From the IMG/VR virus record IMGVR_UViG_3300017917_001151, positions 1-64,000 of that record: 64,000 nucleotides of DNA; one strand, 5' to 3'. The notes beneath the pieces are model-generated. The model worked only from the letters and a program-made list of their open reading frames with translations. It searched no databases and had not been told where the DNA came from. Shown one piece after another: positions 35,921 to 46,481 of the stretch. Position numbers and translations under genes: made by a program. The stretch comes from a virus. How positions within the stretch are numbered: position 1 is the first letter of the stretch; each line of letters begins with the position of its first letter.

Positions 35921-36901
35921 ATGTCTACCAATTTTCAAGAAATTCCATTTCAAAACATAGTTCGATTTGGTCAACGAACAATGTTAACCAAACCCTTGTT
36001 TGCCGTAAGTTGGATCCTAGGTAGGTTCTGCAACTACAAATGTAGTTATTGTTGGCCATATGCAAGGTCAGACAAACCTGATCACGAAAGTTTAGAAACT
36101 TACAAATCTACTATCAACGAAATCAAAAGACAGGCTAGACAAAATGGATTCACAGAATTCCACTGGAGCTTTAGTGGCGGCGAACCAACCGCTTACAAAC
36201 ATTTAAATGATCTCATCAAACACCTCGACGAACAGGAAAGTCCTTACCAAAGTGTTCACATGACTACTAATTTGAGTCCCGGTAGTAGTTGGTGGAAAAC
36301 ATGGTGTAACAATACTAGCTTATTGCAAAGAAGAAGTATTACTGCTAGTTTTCACGAGGAATTTGCCAAAGAGACAGAGTTTGGAGACAAGTGTCTGCAA
36401 CTGTTAAATGAATATGTACACGTGACTATCAATCAGGTTATGGTTCCGGAAAAATTTTACGAAACATATGAACAGTGCCAACGATTTCATAAGAGGGGTA
36501 TTAATGTTACTCTTAAACCACAAAGTGATCCTACAGCCAGTTTTATTGTAGATGGCTACACAGAAGATATGATTAATCTTATGCAAACAGGATTTCCTCA
36601 GGAATCATTTGGAGAAGAAGTTTATCAAATAGCGTTATACGACACAGAAGGTAGAGAATATTTGTTTGACCAGGCAGAACGATTTAATACTTTTGGATTC
36701 AATAAATTTCAGGAATGGTCTTGTAATTCTGGATATCAAAGTGTTATAATAAGAGGCAACGAAGTTAAGCGTTCTTATAGCTGCCACGATCAGCCGTTAG
36801 GAAATATTTTAACAGGATTTAATTTGTTCGCTGAACCTAAAAAATGTATCACACCTAGTTGTGTTAGTTCAGCAGACAGTAAGATACCAAAATGCAAATA
36901 G
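35921..36901 (+). CDS. radical SAM enzyme with C-terminal twitch/SPASM-like Cys domain (family A)
   Basis: CNYKCSYC, SGGEPT, TTN; C-terminal W.CNSG...C...C...C. Confidence 0.92.
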   Translation: MSTNFQEIPFQNIVRFGQRTMLTKPLFAVSWILGRFCNYKCSYCWPYARSDKPDHESLETYKSTINEIKRQARQNGFTEFHWSFSGGEPTAYKHLNDLIKHLDEQESPYQSVHMTTNLSPGSSWWKTWCNNTSLLQRRSITASFHEEFAKETEFGDKCLQLLNEYVHVTINQVMVPEKFYETYEQCQRFHKRGINVTLKPQSDPTASFIVDGYTEDMINLMQTGFPQESFGEEVYQIALYDTEGREYLFDQAERFNTFGFNKFQEWSCNSGYQSVIIRGNEVKRSYSCHDQPLGNILTGFNLFAEPKKCITPSCVSSADSKIPKCK

Positions 36902-37482
36902 ATACAGAACATTTACATCACTGGATGCAGGCAATACGCCAAAGTCCGGATCCTATGCGTACTATGGACGCATTCTGGTCGGGGCAACTTAAAAGCAAAG
37001 AGTGGTTGATCACAAATCTACGTAAGCACGTTAACAAGTTTGTTACTGTAGATATTCATGGAGGTTGGGTAGGAGTATTGGCTAGTATGCTGTTCCAGAG
37101 CGATGTTCCTATTCTTAATATTCGTAGCATAGACATAGATCCTAATTGCGAACCAATCGCTATCAATATGAACAAGATAGAAGAGATGGTGGGAAAATTT
37201 CAGGCAGTAACATCTGATATGTGTACCGTTAGCAGTAATGCTGATGTTGTTATCAATACTAGCTGCGAACACATAACACAAGAACAATATGATCTATGGC
37301 TGACTGGTCTTCCTCATGATAGGTTATTGGTACTACAGAGCAACAATTATAACATTCCAGAGCACGTTAGAATAGCCAATGACCTAGAAGAATTTAAACA
37401 ACAATGCCATGTTAGTGTGTTATGGGCAGGTGAACTAGAACTACCATTGTATAAGCGGTTTATGATTATAGGAAAAAAATAA
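36892..37482 (+). CDS. class I SAM-dependent methyltransferase-like protein
   Basis: IHGGWVG, SIDID, DM, DVVINTSCEH. Confidence 0.7.
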   Translation: MQIDTEHLHHWMQAIRQSPDPMRTMDAFWSGQLKSKEWLITNLRKHVNKFVTVDIHGGWVGVLASMLFQSDVPILNIRSIDIDPNCEPIAINMNKIEEMVGKFQAVTSDMCTVSSNADVVINTSCEHITQEQYDLWLTGLPHDRLLVLQSNNYNIPEHVRIANDLEEFKQQCHVSVLWAGELELPLYKRFMIIGKK

Positions 37483-37505
37483 TATGTAATCATATTATTG
37501 ATAAA

Positions 37506-38498
37506 ATGGAATTAATTGAAATAAAACAAGACGGATGGGATCCAGAAACATTGTGGGTCGAACTAACTATCGGAAATATCTGCAATTTTAAATGTTGGTA
37601 TTGTTTTCCGGGGTACAACGACGGCAGTATAAAGTGGCCGGACTACGATCTGTTGATTTCTAATCTTTCTCATTTGTTGGATTATTATCAAACACATACA
37701 GATAAGAAAAAATTTGCTATTCATTTATTAGGTGGCGAAATTATTTTTTGGAAGAGATTCGTCGACCTTTCTAAATTTTTAAAAGAAAATTATAACTGTG
37801 TAATCATATTAACAACAAATGCTTCTAAAAATATAGATTGGTGGGAAGAATCTGTTGGATGGTTAGACATTGTTCATATAAGTGTTCATCATGAATTTTC
37901 AAATCCTAAACATATAATCGATGTAGCAGATTTTTTATACGACAAAAAAGTAGAAGTTGAGGTAAATGTATTCATGGATCCCTTTAAATGGGAAACATGC
38001 GCCGACATAGTTGAAGCGTTGAAAAACAGCAAAAATGTTTGGGATATAAATTACAAAGAAATCCAATTTGATATACATAGAAGATATAACAAAGACCAAG
38101 ATGAGTTACTCAATAAAGTAAACGCAAGGTCGTCAAACAAAGACAAAAAATTTGTCATAGCACCGATGTCTCATAGACATTTTGTAAAAGGTGTTGATGT
38201 TAACGGAAAAGAACAATCCTACGGATTTAATGATTTACTTTCTCAAAGAAACAACGAATTTAAAGGTTGGGACTGTAATGTTGGAGTAGATTGGATTGCC
38301 GTTCATGCAGACGGAACAGTTTCTGGAATTTGTAGAAATGGTTTATACAAAGATGGAAAAACTTATAATATTTTTGATCTAAATTTTAAAGAACAGTTCA
38401 ACCCATCTATTACCAGTTCTATTTGTACAACTGATCGTTGTTGGTGTATATTTGAAGTTAATATGCCTAAAAGAAAAATCATACCAATTTTATCATGA
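37506..38498 (+). CDS. radical SAM enzyme (family A)
   Basis: CNFKCWYC, LGGE, TTN; FKGWDCNVG...C...C....CWC. Confidence 0.92.
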   Translation: MELIEIKQDGWDPETLWVELTIGNICNFKCWYCFPGYNDGSIKWPDYDLLISNLSHLLDYYQTHTDKKKFAIHLLGGEIIFWKRFVDLSKFLKENYNCVIILTTNASKNIDWWEESVGWLDIVHISVHHEFSNPKHIIDVADFLYDKKVEVEVNVFMDPFKWETCADIVEALKNSKNVWDINYKEIQFDIHRRYNKDQDELLNKVNARSSNKDKKFVIAPMSHRHFVKGVDVNGKEQSYGFNDLLSQRNNEFKGWDCNVGVDWIAVHADGTVSGICRNGLYKDGKTYNIFDLNFKEQFNPSITSSICTTDRCWCIFEVNMPKRKIIPILS

Positions 38499-40045
38499 AG
38501 CATCACGTTTTATTTTTTTCATTATCCGGTAAACGATGGGAACGAGCTCTATGGTCTCATAGAGTCGCTACCTTTTTGCGAATGAACGATTGGGATGCCG
38601 AAGTAATTGATTTTGCTTCTTTTTGGAAACTAATAGAACTTCAAGAACTTGTTAGAAGTCGTGTCTCGAATAAAACTGTGATGTTTTGTTTTGGAACTGC
38701 ATTTTTAAATCCGTGGAGCCCCTATATGAATGAATTTATAGCGTGGCTTAAAACAGAATATCCAACCATTCCTGTGGTAGTGGGTGGAAATAATGCATTG
38801 GTAACTCCTGCTGTTGGTGTAGATTATTGGGTTGACAGTTATGGAGAGAACGCTGTTCTTTCTCTTTGCAGACACCTTATTGGAACATTAGGCGCACCTT
38901 TACTAACTGATCCCGCATTCTTCGGTTCAAAGAAAGTTATTAGAGGACTTTATCATTATCCTAGTGCTCCGTTAGACAGTTATCTAGTAGATTACGAAGA
39001 ACGTGATTTCATGAGTCCCTATGAATGTCCTCAGATAGAAACTGCACGTGGTTGTATGTTTAGTTGTTCTTACTGTAACTTTCCTATTATAGGACAAGCT
39101 AAAGACGTAAGTGTGAGCAAAGAAGAATTTAAACGTCAGATGCAGACAGGCTATGAAAAGTGGGGTATTAAGAATTGGCGGGTAATGGATGAAACATTTA
39201 ATGACCGTCCAGAGAAATTGCAAAAGTATGCAGACGCAGTAGACGAGCTAGGATACAATCCGTGGATATGTGGTTTTGCTCGCGGCGACCTAGTTGTTAA
39301 ACATCGAGAGCATTGGGACACTTATATTAGATTAGGATTCCTTGGCCACAGCATGGGCATTGAAACTTTTAACAAAGAAGCAGGTCGACTTGTACGCAAG
39401 GGCATGGATCCAGATAAACTTAAAGAAGGTCTGCTAGAATTTCAAGCATACACAGACATACATGCACCTAGACGTTATAGGGCAAACATACAAATGATCT
39501 GTGGTATCCCGGGTGAAAGTACCGAATCATGGAACGACTCGTTGCAATGGCTCAACACATATTGGTTAAGACAAAGCGCCAGCGCACATATACTAGAAGT
39601 TCCAGATTATGATGAAACATTAACTAACCAAAGTCGTTTTACTAAAGAATTAGTTAGCAATGGTCTAATTAAATTAGATTCTAGGCAGAATCCCGGATAT
39701 GAAGTTTCTAAAGATAATAACGGAAATGTAATATTTAAATCTACAACCCCACGTGGAGGCGGCGTTGGTTCGACTAGAAACGATGTTGTGATATGGAAAC
39801 ACAACAATATGGATTGGTATCAGGCTCAGCAACTAGTAAGTGATTTTTATTCTGAAAACGGATTTAAGGGTCTTAGAGGCTGTAACCCTTTTCTATCAGA
39901 TAGGTTATTTCCGTATTACCAAACAGATGTCTATGAAGATGTATACGATATTAGATTAAGTGATATTGATACAGCTGATCAAAAATATAATGACATTCTA
40001 CAAAATTATATTAACAAAAAGTTAAGTTGGAGTCCCAGTGTTTAA
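38495..40045 (+). CDS. B12-binding-domain-type radical SAM enzyme (family D)
   Basis: N-terminal Rossmann-like domain with VVVGG; RGCMFSCSYC; DETFND; GIET; GIPGES. Confidence 0.88.
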   Translation: MKHHVLFFSLSGKRWERALWSHRVATFLRMNDWDAEVIDFASFWKLIELQELVRSRVSNKTVMFCFGTAFLNPWSPYMNEFIAWLKTEYPTIPVVVGGNNALVTPAVGVDYWVDSYGENAVLSLCRHLIGTLGAPLLTDPAFFGSKKVIRGLYHYPSAPLDSYLVDYEERDFMSPYECPQIETARGCMFSCSYCNFPIIGQAKDVSVSKEEFKRQMQTGYEKWGIKNWRVMDETFNDRPEKLQKYADAVDELGYNPWICGFARGDLVVKHREHWDTYIRLGFLGHSMGIETFNKEAGRLVRKGMDPDKLKEGLLEFQAYTDIHAPRRYRANIQMICGIPGESTESWNDSLQWLNTYWLRQSASAHILEVPDYDETLTNQSRFTKELVSNGLIKLDSRQNPGYEVSKDNNGNVIFKSTTPRGGGVGSTRNDVVIWKHNNMDWYQAQQLVSDFYSENGFKGLRGCNPFLSDRLFPYYQTDVYEDVYDIRLSDIDTADQKYNDILQNYINKKLSWSPSV

Positions 40046-41090
40046 GTTTGATCAATTAGAACAAATCCATTTAGAGATTACAAATAATTGTCAGGCGTCT
40101 TGTCCTATGTGTACAAGAAACATTAACAGCGGATTAGAGAATCCATTAATTAAAATACAGAATTGGACACTAGGCGACTTTAAGACCATAATGTCTGAAG
40201 AAGTATTGAAACAAATTAAGAGTTATTATTTCTGCGGAAACTTTGGTGATCCGATCATTAATAATGACCTTATTGAAATGTGTAGGTATACAACAGAAGT
40301 ATCTCCAGATGTTCGAGTCGCTATTCATACAAACGGTGGCGCAAGAAGCAAAGCATGGTGGACACTATTAGCTCACGCACTTCCAAAAAATCATTCAGTG
40401 ATGTTCGCCATAGACGGGTTAGAAGATACTCATCAGCTGTATAGGGTAGGAACGACCTATGACGATGTTGTTGAAAATGCTCGTGCTTTTATTCTAGCAG
40501 GCGGTAATGCCGAATGGGTGTTTATTAAATTTAAACACAACGAACATCAGGTAGACGAAGCAAGACGTAGAGCTAACAAATTAGGGTTTTCTAAATTTAC
40601 ATTAAAAAATAGTAGACGTTTCATTGTAGAACCTTTTGTAAAAGTATTGGATAGAAACGGAAACTTAACACACGTCATTGAACCTTCAACTGAAACTCCT
40701 CTGAAGTTTATCGATAGAAAAATAATAGATTCTTATAAACAGATAGTTGATAGTTCTGTCATAAGTTGCGAAGTCCAAAAAAATAAAGAAGTGTATATAG
40801 ATGCTTACAAAAATTTATATCCGTGTTGTTGGTTAGGCAATGTACCTTATAGTTCTGGAAATTTAGAATTCGAAGTACAGAAAGAAACTAAACAACAGCA
40901 TCTAGAACTTGTAAAAAAATTAGGAAATACTAATACGATAGATAGATCTATAAAAGACATTATCAACAGTAACGAATATCAAACTGTTTGGCATGATTAT
41001 TGGAACATAAACAAACTAATTGTTTGTGCTAGAACCTGTAGTGTCAACACTAGTTTTTCTAAACCAAAGGATCAATTCGTATGCGAATAA
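40038..41090 (+). CDS. radical SAM enzyme with C-terminal twitch-like domain (family B)
   Basis: CQASCPMC, CGNFGDP, HTNG, IDG; YID...YPCC...C..TC. Confidence 0.92.
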   Translation: MFKFDQLEQIHLEITNNCQASCPMCTRNINSGLENPLIKIQNWTLGDFKTIMSEEVLKQIKSYYFCGNFGDPIINNDLIEMCRYTTEVSPDVRVAIHTNGGARSKAWWTLLAHALPKNHSVMFAIDGLEDTHQLYRVGTTYDDVVENARAFILAGGNAEWVFIKFKHNEHQVDEARRRANKLGFSKFTLKNSRRFIVEPFVKVLDRNGNLTHVIEPSTETPLKFIDRKIIDSYKQIVDSSVISCEVQKNKEVYIDAYKNLYPCCWLGNVPYSSGNLEFEVQKETKQQHLELVKKLGNTNTIDRSIKDIINSNEYQTVWHDYWNINKLIVCARTCSVNTSFSKPKDQFVCE

Positions 41091-41926
41091 AAATTGCTCC
41101 TGAATACTCTGCAGACTATTTAGAAATAGAACGACCACAACCATTGTCGGACAATCTTTTAGAAAAGACAATACAAGATGTAATGTCTGGAAAAATTAAT
41201 TCTAAGTTTGATTTAGTCTACGACGAATTTAAAAAAGAAATGCCAGGGTGGTTATTAAAAAGTAGAGTAAATCATTTAACCGGATTAGATACCTTTACAC
41301 GTTTAGACATTATAAATGGTTGCACTCAGTTTATCGACAACCTGTATATGCAGGGACCTGTGCAAGTACTTCGCGGTGATTATAGATACCACCAAAGATT
41401 AGGATTAGCGTATGTTAAGGATGTGGGCTCGCTGATTCCAGATATTCCTTTAATCGTAGCAATGCCGTTTCCTAGCATTGGTGCTCCACATCAAGACATG
41501 GAGGAAATACTATATGAATGCAAACTTAAAAATATTAAAGTGCATATTGATGGTGCTTGGATCAGTTGCTGCAGGGATATTAATTTTGATTTTAGTAATG
41601 AAGTTATTAGATCCGTTGGCATCAGCCTTAGTAAAGGTCTTGGTTTAGGTTGGAACAGAATAGGCTTACGTTGGACTAAAGACACTGAAGCAGATAGTAT
41701 TACAATCATGAATGACTTTAACATGAACCTACGTGCTACTGCTATGATCGGTCTTCACTTTATTCGAAATATAGAAGTAGATTATCTTTGGAATACACAC
41801 AAAGATAGATACTATAAAGTTTGTAAAGATTTTGAGCTAACACCTACTAAGGCTATATATCTAGCATTAAAAGATAATCAACCAGTCGGTGTTAGCCCAT
41901 TAATAAGATATTTAGAAAATGAGTGA
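41081..41926 (+). CDS. fold-type I PLP-dependent enzyme-like protein
   Basis: HIDGAW, SLSKGLG (Schiff-base Lys), RIG. Confidence 0.7.
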   Translation: MRIKIAPEYSADYLEIERPQPLSDNLLEKTIQDVMSGKINSKFDLVYDEFKKEMPGWLLKSRVNHLTGLDTFTRLDIINGCTQFIDNLYMQGPVQVLRGDYRYHQRLGLAYVKDVGSLIPDIPLIVAMPFPSIGAPHQDMEEILYECKLKNIKVHIDGAWISCCRDINFDFSNEVIRSVGISLSKGLGLGWNRIGLRWTKDTEADSITIMNDFNMNLRATAMIGLHFIRNIEVDYLWNTHKDRYYKVCKDFELTPTKAIYLALKDNQPVGVSPLIRYLENE

Positions 41927-43304
41927 AAAGATCAAAAGCTACATTAAGTTAATTGAAGAACGTACAGGTTCTCCTACGTTCTGTGTTTTGCCATGGGTGC
42001 ATATGGCTACCAGACCAAATGGAGATTGCAGATTATGCTGTGTAGCTAATGCCAGCGGTGCTCAAACGGGCGACCATGCAGTTGGCCTCGTTAGAAAAGA
42101 AAATGGACGACCAGCTAACTTCGGAGTAGATACACCCGTTGAAGCATTTAATAATGAGTACATGAAGAATGTAAGATTAACGATGCTAGATGGAAAAGTT
42201 CCTGCAAGTTGTACAAAATGTTTTGAAGAAGAAAGCAACGGCGTTGTTAGTAAACGTTTGTGGGAAATGTACGATTGGAACAATGATGGCTTTGACTTTA
42301 ATAAGGTCATCGATGAAACAGCAGAGGACGGAACAGTTCCTCCTGTAATTAGATACCTGGATCTAAGATTAGGTCATACCTGCAATTTGAAATGCGTTAT
42401 GTGTAGTCCTCATGACAGCAGCCGTTGGGTACAAGATTATGACAAGGTTATGTCATCAGTTAAAAGTCCTATCGTATTAAAACAAATTAATTGGGACGGA
42501 AACGAATTTAACAATTACTGGTATGAAAAGCCAGAATTCTGGGACGATATATTTGCACAGATTCCAAACATAAAGAAACTATACTTTGCAGGCGGCGAGC
42601 CTTTGATGATTAAAGAACATCAAAGATTCTTAGAAGAAATTATTGCTAGAGGATATGCAAAAGAAATAAGTCTAAGATATAACTCTAATGGTATATTGTT
42701 AACAGAAAAAATGATAGAGTTGTGGACTAATTTTAAACACGTAAAGTTTAATGTTAGCATTGATGCCGAGGGTGATCGTAATTACTATATTCGTTATCCT
42801 ACAGAATGGAATGATGTAATCCGTGTGTTGAAACGCTTAGACGAAACACCCGATAATATTTCTTCTAGTATTGAAGTAGCAGTCCAGGCATTGAATGCAG
42901 AGCATTTACCTGACTTTGCTAAATTTGTTTTAGGACAAAATTTTAAAAAAGTCAATAAACATTATCTATCAGAGTATCAAGCAGGTGGCGGAATATTCAG
43001 TATGCACCTGTTATTCATTCCTACATTTTTATCTGCACGTATTCTTCCTAAGGAACATAAAGAACGTATTCGTAAAAAGTTTATGGAATTTAAACAATGG
43101 CTATGGGACAACTATAGACAAGACGATGACTTCTGGGTCAATAATCCTTACGGCTGGGCACGTTGGGAAGCCATATTAAAATTTATCGAAGCAGAAGATC
43201 ACAGTTATATGCTTCCAGACTTTAAAGATTATTTTAACAATTTAGATAATATCAGAAGTTTAAATGCATCAACAACATTTCCGGAGTTAGGAGATATACT
43301 TTGA
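41919..43304 (+). CDS. radical SAM enzyme with N-terminal twitch-like domain (family C)
   Basis: FCVLPW...LCC...CTKC, then CNLKCVMC, AGGEPL, NSNG, SID. Confidence 0.93.
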   Translation: MSEKIKSYIKLIEERTGSPTFCVLPWVHMATRPNGDCRLCCVANASGAQTGDHAVGLVRKENGRPANFGVDTPVEAFNNEYMKNVRLTMLDGKVPASCTKCFEEESNGVVSKRLWEMYDWNNDGFDFNKVIDETAEDGTVPPVIRYLDLRLGHTCNLKCVMCSPHDSSRWVQDYDKVMSSVKSPIVLKQINWDGNEFNNYWYEKPEFWDDIFAQIPNIKKLYFAGGEPLMIKEHQRFLEEIIARGYAKEISLRYNSNGILLTEKMIELWTNFKHVKFNVSIDAEGDRNYYIRYPTEWNDVIRVLKRLDETPDNISSSIEVAVQALNAEHLPDFAKFVLGQNFKKVNKHYLSEYQAGGGIFSMHLLFIPTFLSARILPKEHKERIRKKFMEFKQWLWDNYRQDDDFWVNNPYGWARWEAILKFIEAEDHSYMLPDFKDYFNNLDNIRSLNASTTFPELGDIL

Positions 43305-44338
43305 AACCTATTAAGATAGTGTCAACTCAACGAGAAAACTTATTAGATATTCGTTGGACTCCTAACAATGTTTGCAATTTTAAATGCCGATATTGCTTTC
43401 CTAACAGTAATACAGGAGAGTATACTAGTCCAAAAGATCTTGATTTAATCGTTAACAATTTTAATTTTTTATTAAAAGAATACAAAGAAAAGTTAGGTAA
43501 GACCAGAACACATTTAAAAATTGCAGGAGGAGAGCCTACTCTATGGAAAGATTTAGATGTGTTCATCGAACGTATTAAAAAAGAAAACGAAGTATATGTG
43601 TCTTTGATCACTAACGGTTCTAGAACACTTCGTTGGTGGAAAGAACACGGGCACATGTTTGATAATGTACATTTAACACATCATGTTGCACAGGGTAAAT
43701 TAGATCATACGATAGCTGTTGCTGATACCATGTATGACTTTGGTAAGAAGATTACTGTTAAGGTGTTAATGGATTTAGAATGTTGGGACGAATGTGTCGC
43801 CGCAGTTGAATATCTAAAAACAAATAGCAGAAACAGATTCTTAATAATGGTTGGTGAAGTTATCGAACCGGAAGTATCCGACCTAGCAGGCATTAGAGTT
43901 GTCAACGCAGAAGATTTAAAGTATACACAAGATCAAAAGAAGTATCTCAGTAAAGGTCTAAGACGGATTCCGGGACCGTGGTGGTTCTGGAAAAATAGAC
44001 ATTTGATCACCTCTGGTGAAATTAGATTGTATGAAAGCGTGGCTACCTTAGAAGATGGTACTACGATCAAAGCAAAATCAGAAACTTATATTAATAAAAA
44101 TTGGAATAACTTTAAAGGTTGGAGTTGTAATATAGGCATTGAAGGTATCTTCATTGATTGGAAAGGAGATATCAAAGGTTCATGCAACGAACACCTATTT
44201 GGATTAGACTACGATTACAACATATTAGATTCTGACTTTTCAAAAAAATTTAATTTAAATCCTGTTCCTGCAATCTGCACAAAGTATAATTGTCTTTGCA
44301 CACCAGAGACACATATATCAAAGGTTAAACTTAGTTAA
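43301..44338 (+). CDS. radical SAM enzyme (family A)
   Basis: CNFKCRYC, AGGEPT, TNGSR; FKGWSCNIG...C...C....CLC. Confidence 0.92.
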   Translation: MKPIKIVSTQRENLLDIRWTPNNVCNFKCRYCFPNSNTGEYTSPKDLDLIVNNFNFLLKEYKEKLGKTRTHLKIAGGEPTLWKDLDVFIERIKKENEVYVSLITNGSRTLRWWKEHGHMFDNVHLTHHVAQGKLDHTIAVADTMYDFGKKITVKVLMDLECWDECVAAVEYLKTNSRNRFLIMVGEVIEPEVSDLAGIRVVNAEDLKYTQDQKKYLSKGLRRIPGPWWFWKNRHLITSGEIRLYESVATLEDGTTIKAKSETYINKNWNNFKGWSCNIGIEGIFIDWKGDIKGSCNEHLFGLDYDYNILDSDFSKKFNLNPVPAICTKYNCLCTPETHISKVKLS

Positions 44339-45223
44339 CGGTATATCAGCGGCACATGTACACCAGTCTCGTGTGCATATAACTGGATCGCTAGGAGCAA
44401 CAAACGTACCTTGGTATATGTTGCCTAGGCTACCACCTACCCTACAGGTAGCACGATGCACTTCCCCATTCCAATTAATCATGAGGCTTTCGAGACCGGC
44501 GTTACATGTCCATCCCTTGAATTGATTTAGATGTTTCTTAATAACATCGTTGGCATGAAAATAAACAGGTTCTTCGTTATGATTATGAATCACAGTATTT
44601 GGTTTTGCGGTTGACTCATGATCTAATATCCATTGTAGATCTTTTCCGTCGTATCTAAGGTCGTCGAATACGTTATGATCTCCCTCGGTCCATCGTATTC
44701 TACGAACAGCATACTTAATACCTATTTCGTTAAATTTGTTAACCACAGTTTTTACCTTAGGCATATAACTGTGATGAGCCATTACATTAACAAAGAAATC
44801 ACGTTCTGTGCTATCATAAAATTTTAATATCGTGTCGACGATTCTTGTGTAATCGTGTTCAAAGTGTAGACTGAAAACGAGATGATTAAAATACATTTCG
44901 TTATCTAAATACCAACGATATCCCCTAGTGCCATTTGTTGTAACATTAACCCAGAACACATTTTTACGTTTTAGGTAATCAAACAAATCTTCGATGTCCG
45001 GATGTACACAGGGCTCACCTCCGGTTAGACTAATGCGTAAAGGTTTACCTATTTCGCACAATCTGTCTACAGCAGATTCTAAAACATTGATGTTTGTATG
45101 AGGACTAAAATTATCATGAATACTGCTAGGACAATAACTGCAATCGTAGTTACAACGTTTACCTAGATTCCATTCTATCTTAATTTGGTCTTGGTGCGGC
45201 CATGAACTTGTAACCTTATACAT
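44318..45223 (-). CDS. radical SAM enzyme (family A)
   Basis: CNYDCSYC, TGGEP, TTNG; FKGWTCNAG...C...C....CTC. Confidence 0.92.
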   Translation of the reverse strand: MYKVTSSWPHQDQIKIEWNLGKRCNYDCSYCPSSIHDNFSPHTNINVLESAVDRLCEIGKPLRISLTGGEPCVHPDIEDLFDYLKRKNVFWVNVTTNGTRGYRWYLDNEMYFNHLVFSLHFEHDYTRIVDTILKFYDSTERDFFVNVMAHHSYMPKVKTVVNKFNEIGIKYAVRRIRWTEGDHNVFDDLRYDGKDLQWILDHESTAKPNTVIHNHNEEPVYFHANDVIKKHLNQFKGWTCNAGLESLMINWNGEVHRATCRVGGSLGNIYQGTFVAPSDPVICTRDWCTCAADIPLTKFNL

Positions 45224-46481
45224 AGGGCCTAAACTCCGGTGTCACATCAACAAATGATTGATCTCGAGTCATATCTAACCTGCGATTAAATTCAATACAG
45301 TCATGCCAGCGATGGCTTTCATTTTCTGAGTTTAAGAAATTAATAACTCCTTGTATTTGTCCGTAGGTTAAATTTTCTAACATAGGATGTTCTTTAACTA
45401 GTTTAAAATCTTTAACACGAGATTTAACTTTTTCTAATCTTTCTATGGCCACTAGTTGAAGTTCTCGAGGCATCACTTGTATAGATAAAACATCGGGATA
45501 TCTAACCATATTTGTATAGAATACTATTCCTAGATCATCTAAGAAATATTCTACCATTTTATCTAATATCATGATGTTGCTGACCTGAACAGCAACAGCA
45601 CCTACTATACGACTGATGTTTGGTATAGTTTGTATTTGCTTGATGTTGTTGATAAGTTCGGCCCAACTAGCATTTCCTCGTATGTATTCATAACTAGTAC
45701 CGATACCGTCAATGCTTACATTAACTGCTACTGATTTAAATTTAGGCCAATATTGCCAAACAGTTCGATTATTTTTTCCTAGCATACTCAGGTTAGTAGC
45801 ATACTTAATTTCAATTTGATGACCGTATGGTGCTAACATATCTAATATGCGATAATGTTGCGGATCCATTAAAGGTTCACCGCCTGCAAATTCTACTCGA
45901 CGAAAATGCGGTAAATTATTTTCTAAGCTAGACCACCAATTGGGATTATCTTCAAATTTATCTAATAGAGGCTTACGCTCTAAGTTATGGTCTTCTACTA
46001 GATTATAAATTACTTTACCTGTGTCTTTATAAAAATCTTTTACCTCTGACCAATCGTTCCAGCTCGTACTATCTCCTGGATGGCACATACGACACTTTAA
46101 ATTACACAGGTTATTAAGTTTTAATTCCATTGTAGGAATTTCAAACGGCATTGTGAAATCGCTGCGCATGGATTCTGTTGCTCGTGGATACAACTTAATA
46201 CGTGCTTCTGGTATCTCGCCCTTAACGTGGCGCTGCCGTAGACTTTCTACTCCCTGATCCTCTAAACTAAAACATGGTTCGCACTCTGGCGGACGATATC
46301 CTGTAAGAACCTGCTTACGGATACGTTTCATATTATCTCCGTTCCAGATTTCTTCTAATGTTTCATTTTGTATCCATCCAATGGGATGACTGCGACAGCA
46401 TACCTGAATGGCTCCGTCTTCTCTAGTTGCAAGACCAGTAAACGGATGCATACAGAATGTAGGAGGATTAATGTTGTTCAA
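45216..46481 (-). CDS. radical SAM enzyme with N-terminal twitch-like domain (family C)
   Basis: FCMHPF...VCC...CEPC, then CNLKCRMC, AGGEPL, SIDG. Confidence 0.93.
   Translation of the reverse strand: MNNINPPTFCMHPFTGLATREDGAIQVCCRSHPIGWIQNETLEEIWNGDNMKRIRKQVLTGYRPPECEPCFSLEDQGVESLRQRHVKGEIPEARIKLYPRATESMRSDFTMPFEIPTMELKLNNLCNLKCRMCHPGDSTSWNDWSEVKDFYKDTGKVIYNLVEDHNLERKPLLDKFEDNPNWWSSLENNLPHFRRVEFAGGEPLMDPQHYRILDMLAPYGHQIEIKYATNLSMLGKNNRTVWQYWPKFKSVAVNVSIDGIGTSYEYIRGNASWAELINNIKQIQTIPNISRIVGAVAVQVSNIMILDKMVEYFLDDLGIVFYTNMVRYPDVLSIQVMPRELQLVAIERLEKVKSRVKDFKLVKEHPMLENLTYGQIQGVINFLNSENESHRWHDCIEFNRRLDMTRDQSFVDVTPEFRPYV

Noticed and set aside
35921-45223. Assigning family A radical SAM genes as queE or moaA
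   Set aside because: They carry extra C-terminal Cys clusters unlike QueE and lack the MoaA C-terminal GG signature; specific names are unsupported
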